Source: Candidatus Acidiferrales bacterium (GTDB lineage Bacteria > Acidobacteriota > Terriglobia > Acidiferrales > UBA7541). Taken from it: a DNA stretch of 64,000 nt. The notes below the pieces were generated by a model. The model was not told the origin of the DNA. It saw nothing but the letters and a program-made list of their open reading frames with translations, and ran no database searches. The DNA lies in NCBI GenBank assembly GCA_050014395.1, contig JBEKDK010000004.1:9765-73764 (forward strand), given 5' to 3'. Position numbers and translations under genes: made by a program. Of this stretch, positions 46,925 to 57,393 are shown piece by piece (the first letter of the stretch is position 1; each line of letters begins with the position of its first letter).

Positions 46925-48334
46925 ATGAATGCTAAGGAGTTGTTGGAGTTCGTAACCAAGAACGACATCAAGCAAGTGGATTTGCGCTTCATCGACCTGC
47001 CGGGCGTCCAGCAGCACGTCAGCTATCCGATCGCCGAACTGAACAAGGGATCTCTCGAAGATGGCTTTGGCTTCGATGGATCGAGCATTCGCGGCTGGCA
47101 AGCCATCAACGAAAGCGACATGCTCTTGATTCCGGACCCGGAAACGGCGTTCATCGACCCATTCTGCAACGTCAAGACCATCGTCTTGATCTGCGACGCG
47201 ATCGACCCCGTCACCCGCCAGCCTTACGGACGCGACGCCCGCTGGGTGGCGCGCAAGGCCGAGCTGTACCTGAAGAACAGTCACCTGGGCGACACGGCGT
47301 ACTTCGGCGCCGAATCCGAATTCTTCATCTTCGATAGCATTCGCTTCGACACGGACCACCAGCACAGCTATTACTTCATCGACTCCGACGAAGGCCGCTG
47401 GAATTCCGGCAAAGAAGGCCCGAACCTGGGATACCGGCCGCGCTACAAGGAAGGCTACTTCCCCGTCCCGCCAACCGATCAATTCCAGAATCTGCGCAGC
47501 GAAATCGTGCAGACGATGTTGGCCTGCGGTCTGGATATCGAGTGTCATCACCACGAAGTCGCCACCGGCGGACAATGCGAAATCGATCAGCGCTTCAACA
47601 CGCTGGTGAAATCGGCCGACGGCATGACACTCTATAAGTACATCATCCGCAACGTCGCGTTTAAGTACGGCAAGACCGTCACCTTCATGCCCAAGCCGCT
47701 GTTCGCCGATAACGGCAGCGGAATGCACACGCACCAGAGCATTTGGAAAGACGGCAAGCCGCTGTTCGCCGGAGACCGCTACGCCGGACTTTCCGAAATG
47801 GCGCTGCACTACACCGGCGGGCTGCTGAAGCACGCGCGCGCGCTTTCCGCGATCATTGCTCCGACGACCAACAGCTACAAGCGCTTGGTGCCCGGTTACG
47901 AAGCGCCGGTGAACCTGGCGTATTCGCGCCGCAACCGCTCGGCCGCGTGCCGCATCCCGATGTATTCCAACAGCCCGAAGGCCAAGCGCGTTGAGTTCCG
48001 TCCGCCCGACCCGGCCGCCAATCCGTATCTGGCGTTCGCGGCCATGCTGATGGCCGGCTTGGACGGCGTGCTGAATAAGGTGAATCCCGGCGAGCCTCTG
48101 GACAAGGACATCTACGATCTGTCGCCTGAGGAGTTGAAGGCCGTGCCGTCGATGCCGGGCTCGCTGGAAGAAGCGCTCTCCTGCCTCGAGGCCGACCACG
48201 AATTCCTGCTCAAGGGCGACGTCTTCTCCGAGGACCTGATCGAAACCTACATCAACTACAAGCGCAAGAACGAAGCCGACGCCGTGCGCATGCGCCCGCA
48301 TCCGTACGAATTCCACCTCTACTACGACATTTAG
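46925..48334 (+). CDS. glnA: glutamine synthetase type I
   Basis: 469 aa; [18 protein letters not shown] and adenylylation-region NLYDLP-like (DIYDLSPEE) motifs; AAGGAG SD. Confidence 0.92.
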   Translation: MNAKELLEFVTKNDIKQVDLRFIDLPGVQQHVSYPIAELNKGSLEDGFGFDGSSIRGWQAINESDMLLIPDPETAFIDPFCNVKTIVLICDAIDPVTRQPYGRDARWVARKAELYLKNSHLGDTAYFGAESEFFIFDSIRFDTDHQHSYYFIDSDEGRWNSGKEGPNLGYRPRYKEGYFPVPPTDQFQNLRSEIVQTMLACGLDIECHHHEVATGGQCEIDQRFNTLVKSADGMTLYKYIIRNVAFKYGKTVTFMPKPLFADNGSGMHTHQSIWKDGKPLFAGDRYAGLSEMALHYTGGLLKHARALSAIIAPTTNSYKRLVPGYEAPVNLAYSRRNRSAACRIPMYSNSPKAKRVEFRPPDPAANPYLAFAAMLMAGLDGVLNKVNPGEPLDKDIYDLSPEELKAVPSMPGSLEEALSCLEADHEFLLKGDVFSEDLIETYINYKRKNEADAVRMRPHPYEFHLYYDI

Positions 48335-48370
48335 TCGTCCAGTCGTAGCTGTGGACATCGAAGCGAAAAC

Positions 48371-48406
48371 CGAACGGGCCGGCGATCAAATCGCCGGCTC
48401 GTTTCG
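48371..48406. terminator. terminator hairpin between glnA and ureD (convergent)
   Basis: GCCGGCGAT-caa-ATCGCCGGC core with flanking pairing, followed by GTTTCG. Confidence 0.55.
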
Positions 48407-48440
48407 CGTCTGAGTCTCGCACCCGATCAAACTTAAGGAA

Positions 48441-49241
48441 TCAATATTTTCTGAGGTCGAACGGCGGCAGAGCCAGCAAAGAGCGGCGCGCGGCGGCCCA
48501 CAGCGCGGACGTGGCTGCGGCCAGATCGCCGGCAGTGGCGGTGAGATAGCGGACGACGCAACCGCCGCTGCCTAGAAGGCTGGCTCCGGCGCGCAGATGC
48601 GGCATGGTAGCTAGCGTCGCGTGCGTGGCGTCGGTGACGGATTGCCAATTCTCGAAGCCATCGGCGAGCATCACCAGTGAAGCCACATAGCCGAATCCTT
48701 CCGCGATGCCGAGACTTGTTGGGCGCAAATCGCTCGCTCCCGGACTCTTCGGCGCATCGGCCTGCGAGCCGCGCGGTGCGGGCGCGATTTTCGTTCGGCT
48801 GAGATATAACGGCGCGCCGTCGCAAAACACACGCGTCTCCGAATCGAATTCACGGGAGGCCCAGGCTTCGCCGTGCGCCAATCGCCCGGCGGCGAACGCA
48901 TCGAACAGAATTGCGCGGCTGCCGCGTCCCAATTCCACTGACAATCGCTGCCTGAATCGCGAATCCGCGTGCGGGATTACGTGATCCGGCACGAATTCCA
49001 GCGTCGCACCAGCGCCCACTTCAATCCACGTTTCCTGCACGCTCGGCTCGCCAAGTGAGCGATAGACGCGCGTGGCCGAAGGAGTGGAAAGGCACGCATG
49101 CGTTCCGGGATCGAGCACCACTCTTGACAAGAGACGATCGCCGCCGAGAATTCCGCCCGTGGGATTGAGCAGCAGCATGTAGGCCGCGCCGTCGTCCATC
49201 GCAATCGCGGTCTGCGCCTGCAGCGGCAGCGTGTAACGCAA
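48441..49241 (-). CDS. ureD: urease accessory protein UreD (N-terminus probably extends upstream)
   Basis: LNPTGGILGGD motif; last gene of the ure operon; first canonical start is TTG 49241 but UreD-like sequence continues upstream in frame. Confidence 0.75.
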   Translation of the reverse strand: MRYTLPLQAQTAIAMDDGAAYMLLLNPTGGILGGDRLLSRVVLDPGTHACLSTPSATRVYRSLGEPSVQETWIEVGAGATLEFVPDHVIPHADSRFRQRLSVELGRGSRAILFDAFAAGRLAHGEAWASREFDSETRVFCDGAPLYLSRTKIAPAPRGSQADAPKSPGASDLRPTSLGIAEGFGYVASLVMLADGFENWQSVTDATHATLATMPHLRAGASLLGSGGCVVRYLTATAGDLAAATSALWAAARRSLLALPPFDLRKY

Positions 49242-49311
49242 GCGGCTGACGACGGTGCGTCCGCCATCGTTCTTGAAACGCAGGCTCAGGAACCCATCGC
49301 GCCCGGCGCGT

Positions 49312-49923
49312 TCAAGACTCGAAGAGAAGTTCGCGCCTGACCCAGCTGACGACTGTGTCCACGCCTGTCCCGTCTTTGAGGTTGGTGAAGACGTATGGCC
49401 TTTCCCCGCGCACGCGTTTGGCGTCGCGATCCATCACTTCCAGGCTCGCGCCAACGTACGGCGCAAGATCGATCTTATTGATGACGAGCAATCCCGACGT
49501 TGTGATGCCCGGCCCGCCCTTGCGCGGGATTTTGTCGCCCTCCGCCACGTCGATCACGTAGATCGTCGCGTCCACCAGCTCTGGGCTAAACGTCGCTGCC
49601 AGATTGTCGCCGCCACTTTCGATGAACAAAATTTGCAGGCCGGGAAAGCGCTGGAACATTAGCCGCGCTGCCTCAAGATTCACCGAAGCATCTTCGCGAA
49701 TCGCTGTGTGCGGGCAGCCGCCGGTTTCTACGCCGACGATGCGCTCGGCCGGCAGCACGCCGCGGCGCGTCAAAAATTCGGCGTCCTCGCGCGTGTAAAT
49801 GTCGTTGGTGATCACCGCCAAATCGTATTGCGGCTGCAACCGTCGGCAGAGCGATTCCACCAGCGCGGTTTTCCCCGAGCCCACCGGCCCGCCGATCCCG
49901 ATGCGCACTGGAACTTGCGTCAT
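49312..49923 (-). CDS. ureG: urease accessory GTPase UreG
   Basis: [10 protein letters not shown]-loop, ESGGDNL; ATG 49923 overlaps the ureF stop (ATGA). Confidence 0.92.
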   Translation of the reverse strand: MTQVPVRIGIGGPVGSGKTALVESLCRRLQPQYDLAVITNDIYTREDAEFLTRRGVLPAERIVGVETGGCPHTAIREDASVNLEAARLMFQRFPGLQILFIESGGDNLAATFSPELVDATIYVIDVAEGDKIPRKGGPGITTSGLLVINKIDLAPYVGASLEVMDRDAKRVRGERPYVFTNLKDGTGVDTVVSWVRRELLFES

Positions 49924-50609
49924 GATCGGAATAGCCTCGCGGAAAGATGGGCGTGCTGCATCGCCGCAATCTCGATGGCCGGAACGAAGCTCCAAATTTC
50001 ATCCGGCTTGCGATTCGCGGCAACCGCAGCCAGCCGCGCAATGATGGGCCGCAAATTCCACAGGATGCGCTGCCCGGCCAGTTGGCCCAGCGGTGCGAGG
50101 CGCAGCGCCGCGCCCACAAGCTGCGCGCTTGTGGCATACAGCAGCGCCGAAGCCGTCGCCTGCGCGTCCCAACCCTGCGCGCTCGCAATCAAGCCAAACG
50201 CAACCGCGTGATGCCCTGGCGTTCGGCCGCTCTCGAGGGCGGCGGACAATTCCTCCACAATCGCACTTCCACACACCGCCGCCGCGATACGCAGCGTCTG
50301 CCGCCCCATTTGCCGGCTTGCCTCGCGTAATTCCGCCGCGCACTTCATCGCTTCGAGTGACGCATCAAGTTCAAGGCAGGCGGGCAGATCGCCCGCGGCC
50401 GCGGCCCGCGCCGCCGCAATCGCGGCAACAGCATCGGTAGGCCCTGCGGAATTTTCAAGATACGCGCGAATGAACGATTCCACGCCGGCGGCATCGCTCA
50501 CCGCGCCGGCCTGCACGTAAGTTTCCAGCCCCAGCGAATGCGCGTAGCCTCCCGCGGGAAACAATCCGTCGGAAAATTGCAGCAGGCTGATCAGCGCGTC
50601 AGCGTCCAT
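49920..50609 (-). CDS. ureF: urease accessory protein UreF
   Basis: Start at ATG 50609 ([29 protein letters not shown]); overlaps the ureE 3' end by 11 nt. Confidence 0.85.
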   Translation of the reverse strand: MDADALISLLQFSDGLFPAGGYAHSLGLETYVQAGAVSDAAGVESFIRAYLENSAGPTDAVAAIAAARAAAAGDLPACLELDASLEAMKCAAELREASRQMGRQTLRIAAAVCGSAIVEELSAALESGRTPGHHAVAFGLIASAQGWDAQATASALLYATSAQLVGAALRLAPLGQLAGQRILWNLRPIIARLAAVAANRKPDEIWSFVPAIEIAAMQHAHLSARLFRS

Positions 50610-51153
50610 GCCGATGCTCGTGAGCGTGGTTGTCGCTATGAACGTGGTCGTCGCTCTCAACGTGGTTATCGGAGTGATCGTGCGTGTGGCCGTGCGTTGC
50701 CTCATGCGCATGGTCGTGGCTGTGCGCCTTGCCGATCGGCTCGAAGACGGCCAGCCGCCGCTCCCAGCGCGCGCCGATGCGATCGAGAAGTTGCACCATC
50801 GCCGTATCATCCGGCACCAGCAGCGCGTCGCCATCCACTGCCAGCGGAAAATGCCGATTGCCAACCTCAAACGCGATGCGCACCGCGCTGCGTGAATCGG
50901 CCGGCAAAATCGCGAGCACCGATTCCGGCGCCGCCTCGATCGCCAGATACCAATCGGCCTCAATCCACACGATTGCTCCCGGCTCAAGCGTCGTGCCGGT
51001 AGGCAAAGCGAAAGCAATTTCGCGCCCGCCGGCCGTCGTGAACCGGCCGCGCAGCCAGCGGCGCTGCTCAGATGTAAGGATTAGCGAATCGCGCTGCCTG
51101 CCAGAGATGCCGGCGGCCGCAGCTGGCAGCGCGAGTTGTTCGATAATCAGCAC
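50599..51153 (-). CDS. ureE: urease accessory metallochaperone UreE with His-rich tail
   Basis: GNRHFP motif; C-terminal HSHDHAHEATHGHTHDH... tract. Confidence 0.85.
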   Translation of the reverse strand: MLIIEQLALPAAAAGISGRQRDSLILTSEQRRWLRGRFTTAGGREIAFALPTGTTLEPGAIVWIEADWYLAIEAAPESVLAILPADSRSAVRIAFEVGNRHFPLAVDGDALLVPDDTAMVQLLDRIGARWERRLAVFEPIGKAHSHDHAHEATHGHTHDHSDNHVESDDHVHSDNHAHEHRHGR

Positions 51154-51168
51154 GCCCGCCTCCGCGAT

Positions 51169-52887
51169 TTAAAAAAGAAAATAGCGTTGCGCCATCGGCA
51201 GCACGCGCGCCGGCTCGCACGTCAGCAATTCGCCGTCGGCGCGCACCTGATAGGTTTCAGGGTCCACTTCGATGCGCGGCAGCGCGTCGTTGCGAATCAT
51301 GTCGCGCTTGCTCAGCCCGCGGCAGCGGCGCACCGCGGAGATTCTCTTTTTCAATCCCAATTTCGCCGGCACTCCGCCATCCAGCGCCGCCTTAGAAACG
51401 AACGTCAACGAAGTCGAATTCACCGCTGCGCCGAAGCTGCCAAACATCGGCCGATAAAGCACCGGCTGCGGCGTGGGAATCGAAGCGTTGGCGTCGCCCA
51501 TCGCGGCCCACGCAATGAAGCCGCCTTTCAGAATCATTTCCGGCTTCACGCCGAAAAACGCCGGCGTCCACAACACCAAATCCGCAAACTTCCCCGTCTC
51601 AACCGACCCAACTTCGTGCGCAATTCCGTGCGTGATCGCGGGATTGATCGTGTATTTCGCCACGTAGCGCCGCACGCGCAGATTGTCGCTCCCGGATTTT
51701 TCGCCCGGCAACGGCCCGCGCTGCTTTTTCATTTTGTCCGCGGTCTGCCACGTGCGAATCACCACTTCCCCGATGCGCCCCATGGCCTGCGAATCTGACG
51801 ACATCATGCTGATAGCGCCCAAATCGTGCAGCACGTCCTCGGCGGCGATCGTTTCAGCGCGAATGCGCGACTCCGCAAACGCCACGTCTTCCGGAATCGA
51901 TGGACTCAAATGATGGCAGACCATCAGCATGTCTAGATGCTCGTCGAGCGTGTTGACGGTAAACGGCATCGTGGGGTTGGTCGATGACGGCAAACAATTC
52001 GGCTCGCCGCAGACCGTGATAATGTCCGGCGCGTGTCCGCCGCCCGCGCCTTCAGTGTGATACGTGTGGATCGTGCGCCCGCGGAACGCGCGAATCGATT
52101 CCTGCACGAAGCCGGCTTCGTTCAGCGTGTCCGTGTGAATCGCCACTTGTACGTCGAATTCTTCGGCCACTCCCAGCGCGCAATCGATCGCCGCCGGCGT
52201 CGTGCCCCAGTCTTCGTGCAGCTTCAATCCGATCGCGCCGGCTGCGATCTGCTCGATCAGCGGCTCCGGCCACGACGCGTTGCCCTTGCCGAGAAAACCG
52301 AGATTGATCGGAAAGCCTTCCGCGGATTCCAGCATGCGATGCATATTCCACGGGCCGGGCGTGCACGTGGTGGCATTGGTGCCGGTGGCGGGCCCCGTAC
52401 CGCCGCCGAGCAGCGTGGTCACGCCGGCAGCGAGCGCCGTCTCCACGAGCTGTGGGCAAATAAAATGTATGTGCGAATCGATTCCGCCGGCCGTGGCGAT
52501 TTTTCCTTCTCCGGCGATCACCTCCGTGCTCGCGCCGACGACCATGCCGGGCGTCACGCCATCCATCAAATCTGGATTGCCCGCCTTGCCGATGCCCACG
52601 ATTCGTCCGCCGCGAATCCCGATATCGGCCTTCACGATTCCGCTGTGATCCAGGATCACAGCGTTGGTGATCACCGCGTCCAGCGCTCCGCCGGCGGCCG
52701 TGGCCGTGCTCGATTGCCCCATGCCGTCGCGCAACACTTTGCCGCCGCCGAATTTCGCCTCTTCGCCGGGCGTGGTCAGGTCGCGCTCGATCTCAATGAA
52801 AAGATCGGTGTCGGCCAAGCGCACGCGATCGCCCACGGTGGGACCGTAAAGGTCCGCGTACTGACGGCGTGGAATATTCAGGCTCAC
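51169..52887 (-). CDS. ureC: urease subunit alpha
   Basis: 572 aa; [21 protein letters not shown] active-site motifs. Confidence 0.95.
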   Translation of the reverse strand: MSLNIPRRQYADLYGPTVGDRVRLADTDLFIEIERDLTTPGEEAKFGGGKVLRDGMGQSSTATAAGGALDAVITNAVILDHSGIVKADIGIRGGRIVGIGKAGNPDLMDGVTPGMVVGASTEVIAGEGKIATAGGIDSHIHFICPQLVETALAAGVTTLLGGGTGPATGTNATTCTPGPWNMHRMLESAEGFPINLGFLGKGNASWPEPLIEQIAAGAIGLKLHEDWGTTPAAIDCALGVAEEFDVQVAIHTDTLNEAGFVQESIRAFRGRTIHTYHTEGAGGGHAPDIITVCGEPNCLPSSTNPTMPFTVNTLDEHLDMLMVCHHLSPSIPEDVAFAESRIRAETIAAEDVLHDLGAISMMSSDSQAMGRIGEVVIRTWQTADKMKKQRGPLPGEKSGSDNLRVRRYVAKYTINPAITHGIAHEVGSVETGKFADLVLWTPAFFGVKPEMILKGGFIAWAAMGDANASIPTPQPVLYRPMFGSFGAAVNSTSLTFVSKAALDGGVPAKLGLKKRISAVRRCRGLSKRDMIRNDALPRIEVDPETYQVRADGELLTCEPARVLPMAQRYFLF

Positions 52888-52891
52888 GCGT

Positions 52892-53260
52892 CTAAGCTCC
52901 CAAGAATCCTTGTTCGCGCGCGCGTTTCAATGCCGCTTCGCGCCGCGATTCGTCGGTCGATCCCTCGGTCAAACCGTTGCACCCATGCACCGTCGCCGTC
53001 CCGCCGATCGCCACCAGCACGACGCGCTTTGTATCTCCCGGCTCAAATCGCACCGCCGTCCCCGCCGGAATGTTCAGCCGCATCCCGAACGCCAGCTTGC
53101 GATCAAAGCGCAGCGCCTTGTTCGCCTCAAAAAAATGATAATGCGAGCCGACTTGAATCGGCCGGTCGCCCGTGTTGGCGACTTCGAGTTCCTGGGTCCG
53201 CCGGCCGGCATTCGCCACCACCGCGCCCTCGCCCAAAATGTATTCGCCCGGAATCATCAA
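52892..53260 (-). CDS. ureB: urease subunit beta
   Basis: MIPGEY...[17 protein letters not shown]. Confidence 0.93.
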   Translation of the reverse strand: MMIPGEYILGEGAVVANAGRRTQELEVANTGDRPIQVGSHYHFFEANKALRFDRKLAFGMRLNIPAGTAVRFEPGDTKRVVLVAIGGTATVHGCNGLTEGSTDESRREAALKRAREQGFLGA

Positions 53261-53328
53261 GAGCCGCTCAGTCTCCCCCCCTAACCCGTTGTCCTAATTG
53301 CACTTACTGCCGCTGTTCCGTTTTGGAA

Positions 53329-53631
53329 CTAACGGATCGGGTGGTGCACCGTCACCAATTTCGTCCCGTCGGGAAACGTTCCTTCCACCTGAATTTCGGG
53401 CAGCATCTCCGGCACGCCTTCCATCACGTCGGCGCGCGTCAAAATCGTGGCGCCAAATTCCATCAGCTCCGAAACGGAGCGGCCGTCGCGAATCGCTTCG
53501 AGCAATTCCCCGGTGATCAGCGCAACCGCCTCGGGATAGTTGAGCAGCAACTTGCGCGCCCGCCGCTTCCGCGCAAGCTCCGCCGCCGTGGCGATCAACA
53601 GCTTATCGACCTCGCGGGGCGTGAGATGCAT
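53329..53631 (-). CDS. ureA: urease subunit gamma
   Basis: [13 protein letters not shown]...[19 protein letters not shown], 100 aa. Confidence 0.93.
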   Translation of the reverse strand: MHLTPREVDKLLIATAAELARKRRARKLLLNYPEAVALITGELLEAIRDGRSVSELMEFGATILTRADVMEGVPEMLPEIQVEGTFPDGTKLVTVHHPIR

Positions 53632-53744
53632 GCCGGAAGATTATCAAACGAGGGAAAGCGCGACAATGCCCGGGGCCGCGCCAAATCTTTGCTTCAGCCG
53701 CCGCGTTATTTCGATAGGCGATGTGAACTGCGCTTCGGCCGGCC

Positions 53745-55352
53745 CTAAACCGCCAGGCCATTCACGCGAAACACGATCGCATAATCGCACGGCTTCTCCG
53801 CCGGCAATTTCACGCGCAGCGCGTCCGCGTCCTGCGTCCATTCAAGCTTGCCCGGCGCGCCGAGTAATTCGACATTGGTGATTTTCCCCATCGCCACGGC
53901 GCTCGACGTTCCGAGCGGCGCGATCACCGCCGTTTCGCCCGGCACACCCATCACGAACGCATACAGCGTTTGCCCCTTGGTCGTAAAGCGCACGTCGGCT
54001 TCGGTGAAATCCTGGCGGCCTTTCTCGTTGAACGCGGAAGCCGGCGCGGCCGCGGTCGGCGCCGCACCCGGAGCGGCAGGCACCGTGCTCGGCCCTGCGC
54101 CAAATATTTTCCATGGCCGGCTCGAATAAATCGCTTCGCTATTCACCGCCATCCATTTTGTGATCCCGTCGAGCACGGCAAGTTCCCTGTCGTCGAGCAT
54201 GCCGCTATTCGGCAGCGGAAAATTCAGCAGCAGATTGCCGTTGCGGCTGACGATGTCCACGAGCATGTCCACCACGCGCTTCGGCGTCTTGTAGACGATA
54301 TCGCGCTGGTAGTGCCAATTGCCAACGCACGTGTCCGTCTGCCAGGGCCGCGGCCAAATCGCATCGACAACGCCGCGCTCGACGTCCAGCGCGCACGTCC
54401 CCGTCGCGCAATCCTCGCGCCGCTTGCTGGTGTACACCACATCGACCACTCCCCCGCTCCGCGCCGCATCGCGATTGTAAAAATCTGCGACCAAGCTGAG
54501 CCCCAAATCCTCAAACGGTATCGGCCCGTCGACGTAAAGCAAATCGGGCTGATAGCGCGAGTAAAGATCCTGTATGCGCCTGAACCACTCACGCCGCCAC
54601 ACTTCGGGAATGCCGTCGTCGTTCCAATCCACTTTTTCCGGCGGCACGCCGGTGGCCGTGTAATCGTGATACAGATCGTTCCACCGCGGATCGGCGCCGT
54701 CGTACGGCACACCCGCCAGCGGCCCATCCTTATCGGCCATGTGGCTCACGCCCCACCATTTGTAACTGATCCACAAATGATCGCTCACGCCGAATCGCAG
54801 CCCATTTTCGTGCGCGGCCTGCCGCCATTCGCCCACGACGTCCCGCTTGATCCCCATGTTCGCCGCGTTCCAGCGATGAAATTTCGAATCCCACATGTCG
54901 AAATTGTCGTGATGCACTCCCATGCTGACGAAATATTTCGCGCCGGCCTTTTTGTAGAGCTGCATCAAATGATTCGGATCGAATCGTTCGCCCTTCCACG
55001 TCGCGATCACGTCTTTGAATCCGAATTTCGAAGGATGCCCGTAATGTTGCACGTGATACAAATTCTGCGGCGAACCCTGAATATAAATGTTCCGCGCGTA
55101 CCAATCGCCCTGCTCGGCGGCGGATTGCGGCCCCCAGTGCGCCCAGATCCCGAACTTCGCGTCGTTCAGCCACGCGGGCACCTGGTACGCCGCGAGCGAT
55201 TCGCGCGTTCCGGCAAACGGGCCAGGCGTGATCGTCGGCGCGGCCAGCGGCGTCTGACCGCCAGCGCGCGCCACCATCCACGCTGGCACAGCGCCCGCCA
55301 TAACTTTCATCATCGATCGCCGCGACAACAACATCCGCCGAGATTTAGACAT
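53745..55352 (-). CDS. alpha-L-fucosidase (GH29-like), Tat-type signal
   Basis: AGGAGG SD; SRRSMMKV twin-Arg-like signal; KFGIWAHWGPQS, YFVSMGVHHDNF motifs. Confidence 0.75.
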   Translation of the reverse strand: MSKSRRMLLSRRSMMKVMAGAVPAWMVARAGGQTPLAAPTITPGPFAGTRESLAAYQVPAWLNDAKFGIWAHWGPQSAAEQGDWYARNIYIQGSPQNLYHVQHYGHPSKFGFKDVIATWKGERFDPNHLMQLYKKAGAKYFVSMGVHHDNFDMWDSKFHRWNAANMGIKRDVVGEWRQAAHENGLRFGVSDHLWISYKWWGVSHMADKDGPLAGVPYDGADPRWNDLYHDYTATGVPPEKVDWNDDGIPEVWRREWFRRIQDLYSRYQPDLLYVDGPIPFEDLGLSLVADFYNRDAARSGGVVDVVYTSKRREDCATGTCALDVERGVVDAIWPRPWQTDTCVGNWHYQRDIVYKTPKRVVDMLVDIVSRNGNLLLNFPLPNSGMLDDRELAVLDGITKWMAVNSEAIYSSRPWKIFGAGPSTVPAAPGAAPTAAAPASAFNEKGRQDFTEADVRFTTKGQTLYAFVMGVPGETAVIAPLGTSSAVAMGKITNVELLGAPGKLEWTQDADALRVKLPAEKPCDYAIVFRVNGLAV

Positions 55353-55541
55353 AGCGTAGCCTCCTAGTGGCTCGAACCGCAGTATACGACCTGCCATGCA
55401 TCTGCGGATCGGAAATAATCACACCGCGCGGCGGCATCGCAAGCGTTCATCCGAACATCTATTAGAGATCACTCAGCATCGAAGTGGAAGACACAATTCC
55501 AGCCTGAGCATCGCGCCGACTCGATAGGGAGATCTCGCACC

Positions 55542-56591
55542 ATGCAGATCGCCGGAACCGCCACCGCGTTCCCCGCACAATACTATTCGCAAGAAACGCT
55601 CGCCGCGGCGCTCAAAGAACGCTGGGCGCCGCAATTCGACAAGCCCGAAATTATCGAGCGCATGCTGAATCGCGTCGGAGTCGATGGCCGCTATCTCGCG
55701 CTGCCGATCGAGCGCTATTACAAGCTGAATGAATTCGGCGTGACCAACGACGCGTGGATCGAAGTCGCTTGCGATCTCGGCGAACAAGCGCTAGGCCGTG
55801 CGCTGGCCCGCGCCGGCGTTCAGACCAGCGACCTCGACGCCATCTATTTCGTCTCCGTCACCGGAATCGCCAGCCCTTCGATCGACGCGCGCCTGGTGAA
55901 TCGCATGAAATTGCCGGCGCGCATCAAACGCGTGCCGATTTTCGGACTCGGCTGCGTCGCCGGAGCCGCGGGCATCTCGCGCGCCGCGGACTACGTGCGC
56001 GGCTTTCCGAATCACGCAGCCGCGCTCGTCTCTGTGGAGTTGTGCTCGCTCACTTGGCAGCGCAAAGATACTTCGCTCGCAAATATTATTTCCACGGGCC
56101 TATTCGGCGATGGCGCCGCCGCCGTCGTTCTCACTGGCAGCGAACGCGCGTCGCAGGGCCCGAAAATTCTCGCCACGCGCTCATCCTTTTATAACGACAC
56201 CGAAGACGTGATGGGATGGGCCGTGTCCGAGCGCGGTTTTCAGATCGTCCTCTCGCCCACCGTCCCTGACGTTGTGCACCAGCACCTCGCGCAGGATGTC
56301 GACGCATTCCTCGGCGAGCACGGCCTCTCGCGCAGCGACATCGGAAGTTGGATCATGCACACCGGCGGCCCGAAAATTCTGAACGCGACAACAGAAGCCC
56401 TCGGCTTGCCCAAGGATGCGCTCGAAGCTTCCTGGGCCTGCCTGAAGAAAGTCGGCAATCTTTCTTCCGCCTCGGTCCTCTTGGTGTTGGATGAATTTAT
56501 GTATCGCCGTCGCCCCGCACCCGGAAGCTACAGCATTCTCGCAGCGATGGGCCCCGGCTTCTGCGCCGAGCTCGTGCTTCTTCAGTGGTAG
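55542..56591 (+). CDS. type III polyketide synthase (chalcone/stilbene synthase family)
   Basis: Catalytic Cys context GLGCVAGAAG, FGDGAAAVVL, HTGGPKIL, GNLSSASV; 349 aa. Confidence 0.85.
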   Translation: MQIAGTATAFPAQYYSQETLAAALKERWAPQFDKPEIIERMLNRVGVDGRYLALPIERYYKLNEFGVTNDAWIEVACDLGEQALGRALARAGVQTSDLDAIYFVSVTGIASPSIDARLVNRMKLPARIKRVPIFGLGCVAGAAGISRAADYVRGFPNHAAALVSVELCSLTWQRKDTSLANIISTGLFGDGAAAVVLTGSERASQGPKILATRSSFYNDTEDVMGWAVSERGFQIVLSPTVPDVVHQHLAQDVDAFLGEHGLSRSDIGSWIMHTGGPKILNATTEALGLPKDALEASWACLKKVGNLSSASVLLVLDEFMYRRRPAPGSYSILAAMGPGFCAELVLLQW

Positions 56592-56619
56592 GATTTTTCA
56601 GCGGCGCTCGCGGATATCG

Positions 56620-57393
56620 CTACATTCTCCGGACCGTTAATCCACCGTCCACCATAATCACGGCCCCGGTGGAATAAGGGAAATCCCCGCGCGCCAACGC
56701 GGCCACGGCCTTGCCGACTTCTTCCGTCGTACCCCAACGCGCGTCGATCGCCAGGCCTTCGCGCAGTAACCTGTCGTATTTTTCGATCACACCCGCCGTC
56801 ATGTCCGTGCGGACAACGCCCGGGCAAACCTCATAAACCGGAATTCCAAATTCGCCCAGCCGCACAGCCCACAGCTTCGTCGCCATGGCCACGCCGGCTT
56901 TTGAGATGCAGTAATCGCCGCGATTGATGCTGGCGACGATTGCGGAAACGGACGAGATGTTGATGATTGCGCCGCGAAATTCTTTCTGCGCCTTTCGCTG
57001 CTCGATCATCCAGCGCGCCACGGCCTGCGTGAGAAAATAGGGACCGCGCAGATTTGTCCGCAGCACATCTTCAAAACTCTGCTCGGTCGCATCCAGAATG
57101 TCCGTGCGCATGGCCGGCGCGCGGCCTGCATTGTTCACCAACACGTCGAGCCGGCGGAATTTCTCGCGCACCGCTTCCACCAGCCGCGCCCGCGCCGCAG
57201 CGTCGCCCACGTCGGCCTGCACATAATGCACCTCTGCGCCCGCGCCGCGAAGTTTCTCAAGCGCTTCGCTCGCCGCCACAGTTTGGCGCACGCCGCAAAT
57301 CGCAAGGTCGAATCCCTCGCGCGTCAGACACTGCGCGATGCCGAAGCCGATGCCGCGGCTGCCGCCGGTCACAAGCGCCACGCGCCGCGTCAC
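56620..57393 (-). CDS. SDR family oxidoreductase (KduD/3-oxoacyl reductase-like)
   Basis: GTG 57393 overlaps the upstream stop (GTGA); TGGSRGIG, NNAG, YCISK motifs. Confidence 0.85.
   Translation of the reverse strand: MTRRVALVTGGSRGIGFGIAQCLTREGFDLAICGVRQTVAASEALEKLRGAGAEVHYVQADVGDAAARARLVEAVREKFRRLDVLVNNAGRAPAMRTDILDATEQSFEDVLRTNLRGPYFLTQAVARWMIEQRKAQKEFRGAIINISSVSAIVASINRGDYCISKAGVAMATKLWAVRLGEFGIPVYEVCPGVVRTDMTAGVIEKYDRLLREGLAIDARWGTTEEVGKAVAALARGDFPYSTGAVIMVDGGLTVRRM

Noticed and set aside
46826-48358. 510-aa minus-strand ORF (also 45209..46597 antisense to the porin)
   Set aside because: Antisense to glnA, whose identity is certain. No independent signals.
52033-53748. 571-aa plus-strand ORF over the urease structural genes
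   Set aside because: Antisense to ureC, ureB and ureA, with an Arg/Ala/Pro-rich translation. The same reasoning applies to 57054..58292, 59811..60440, 15113..16192 and 33219..34055.
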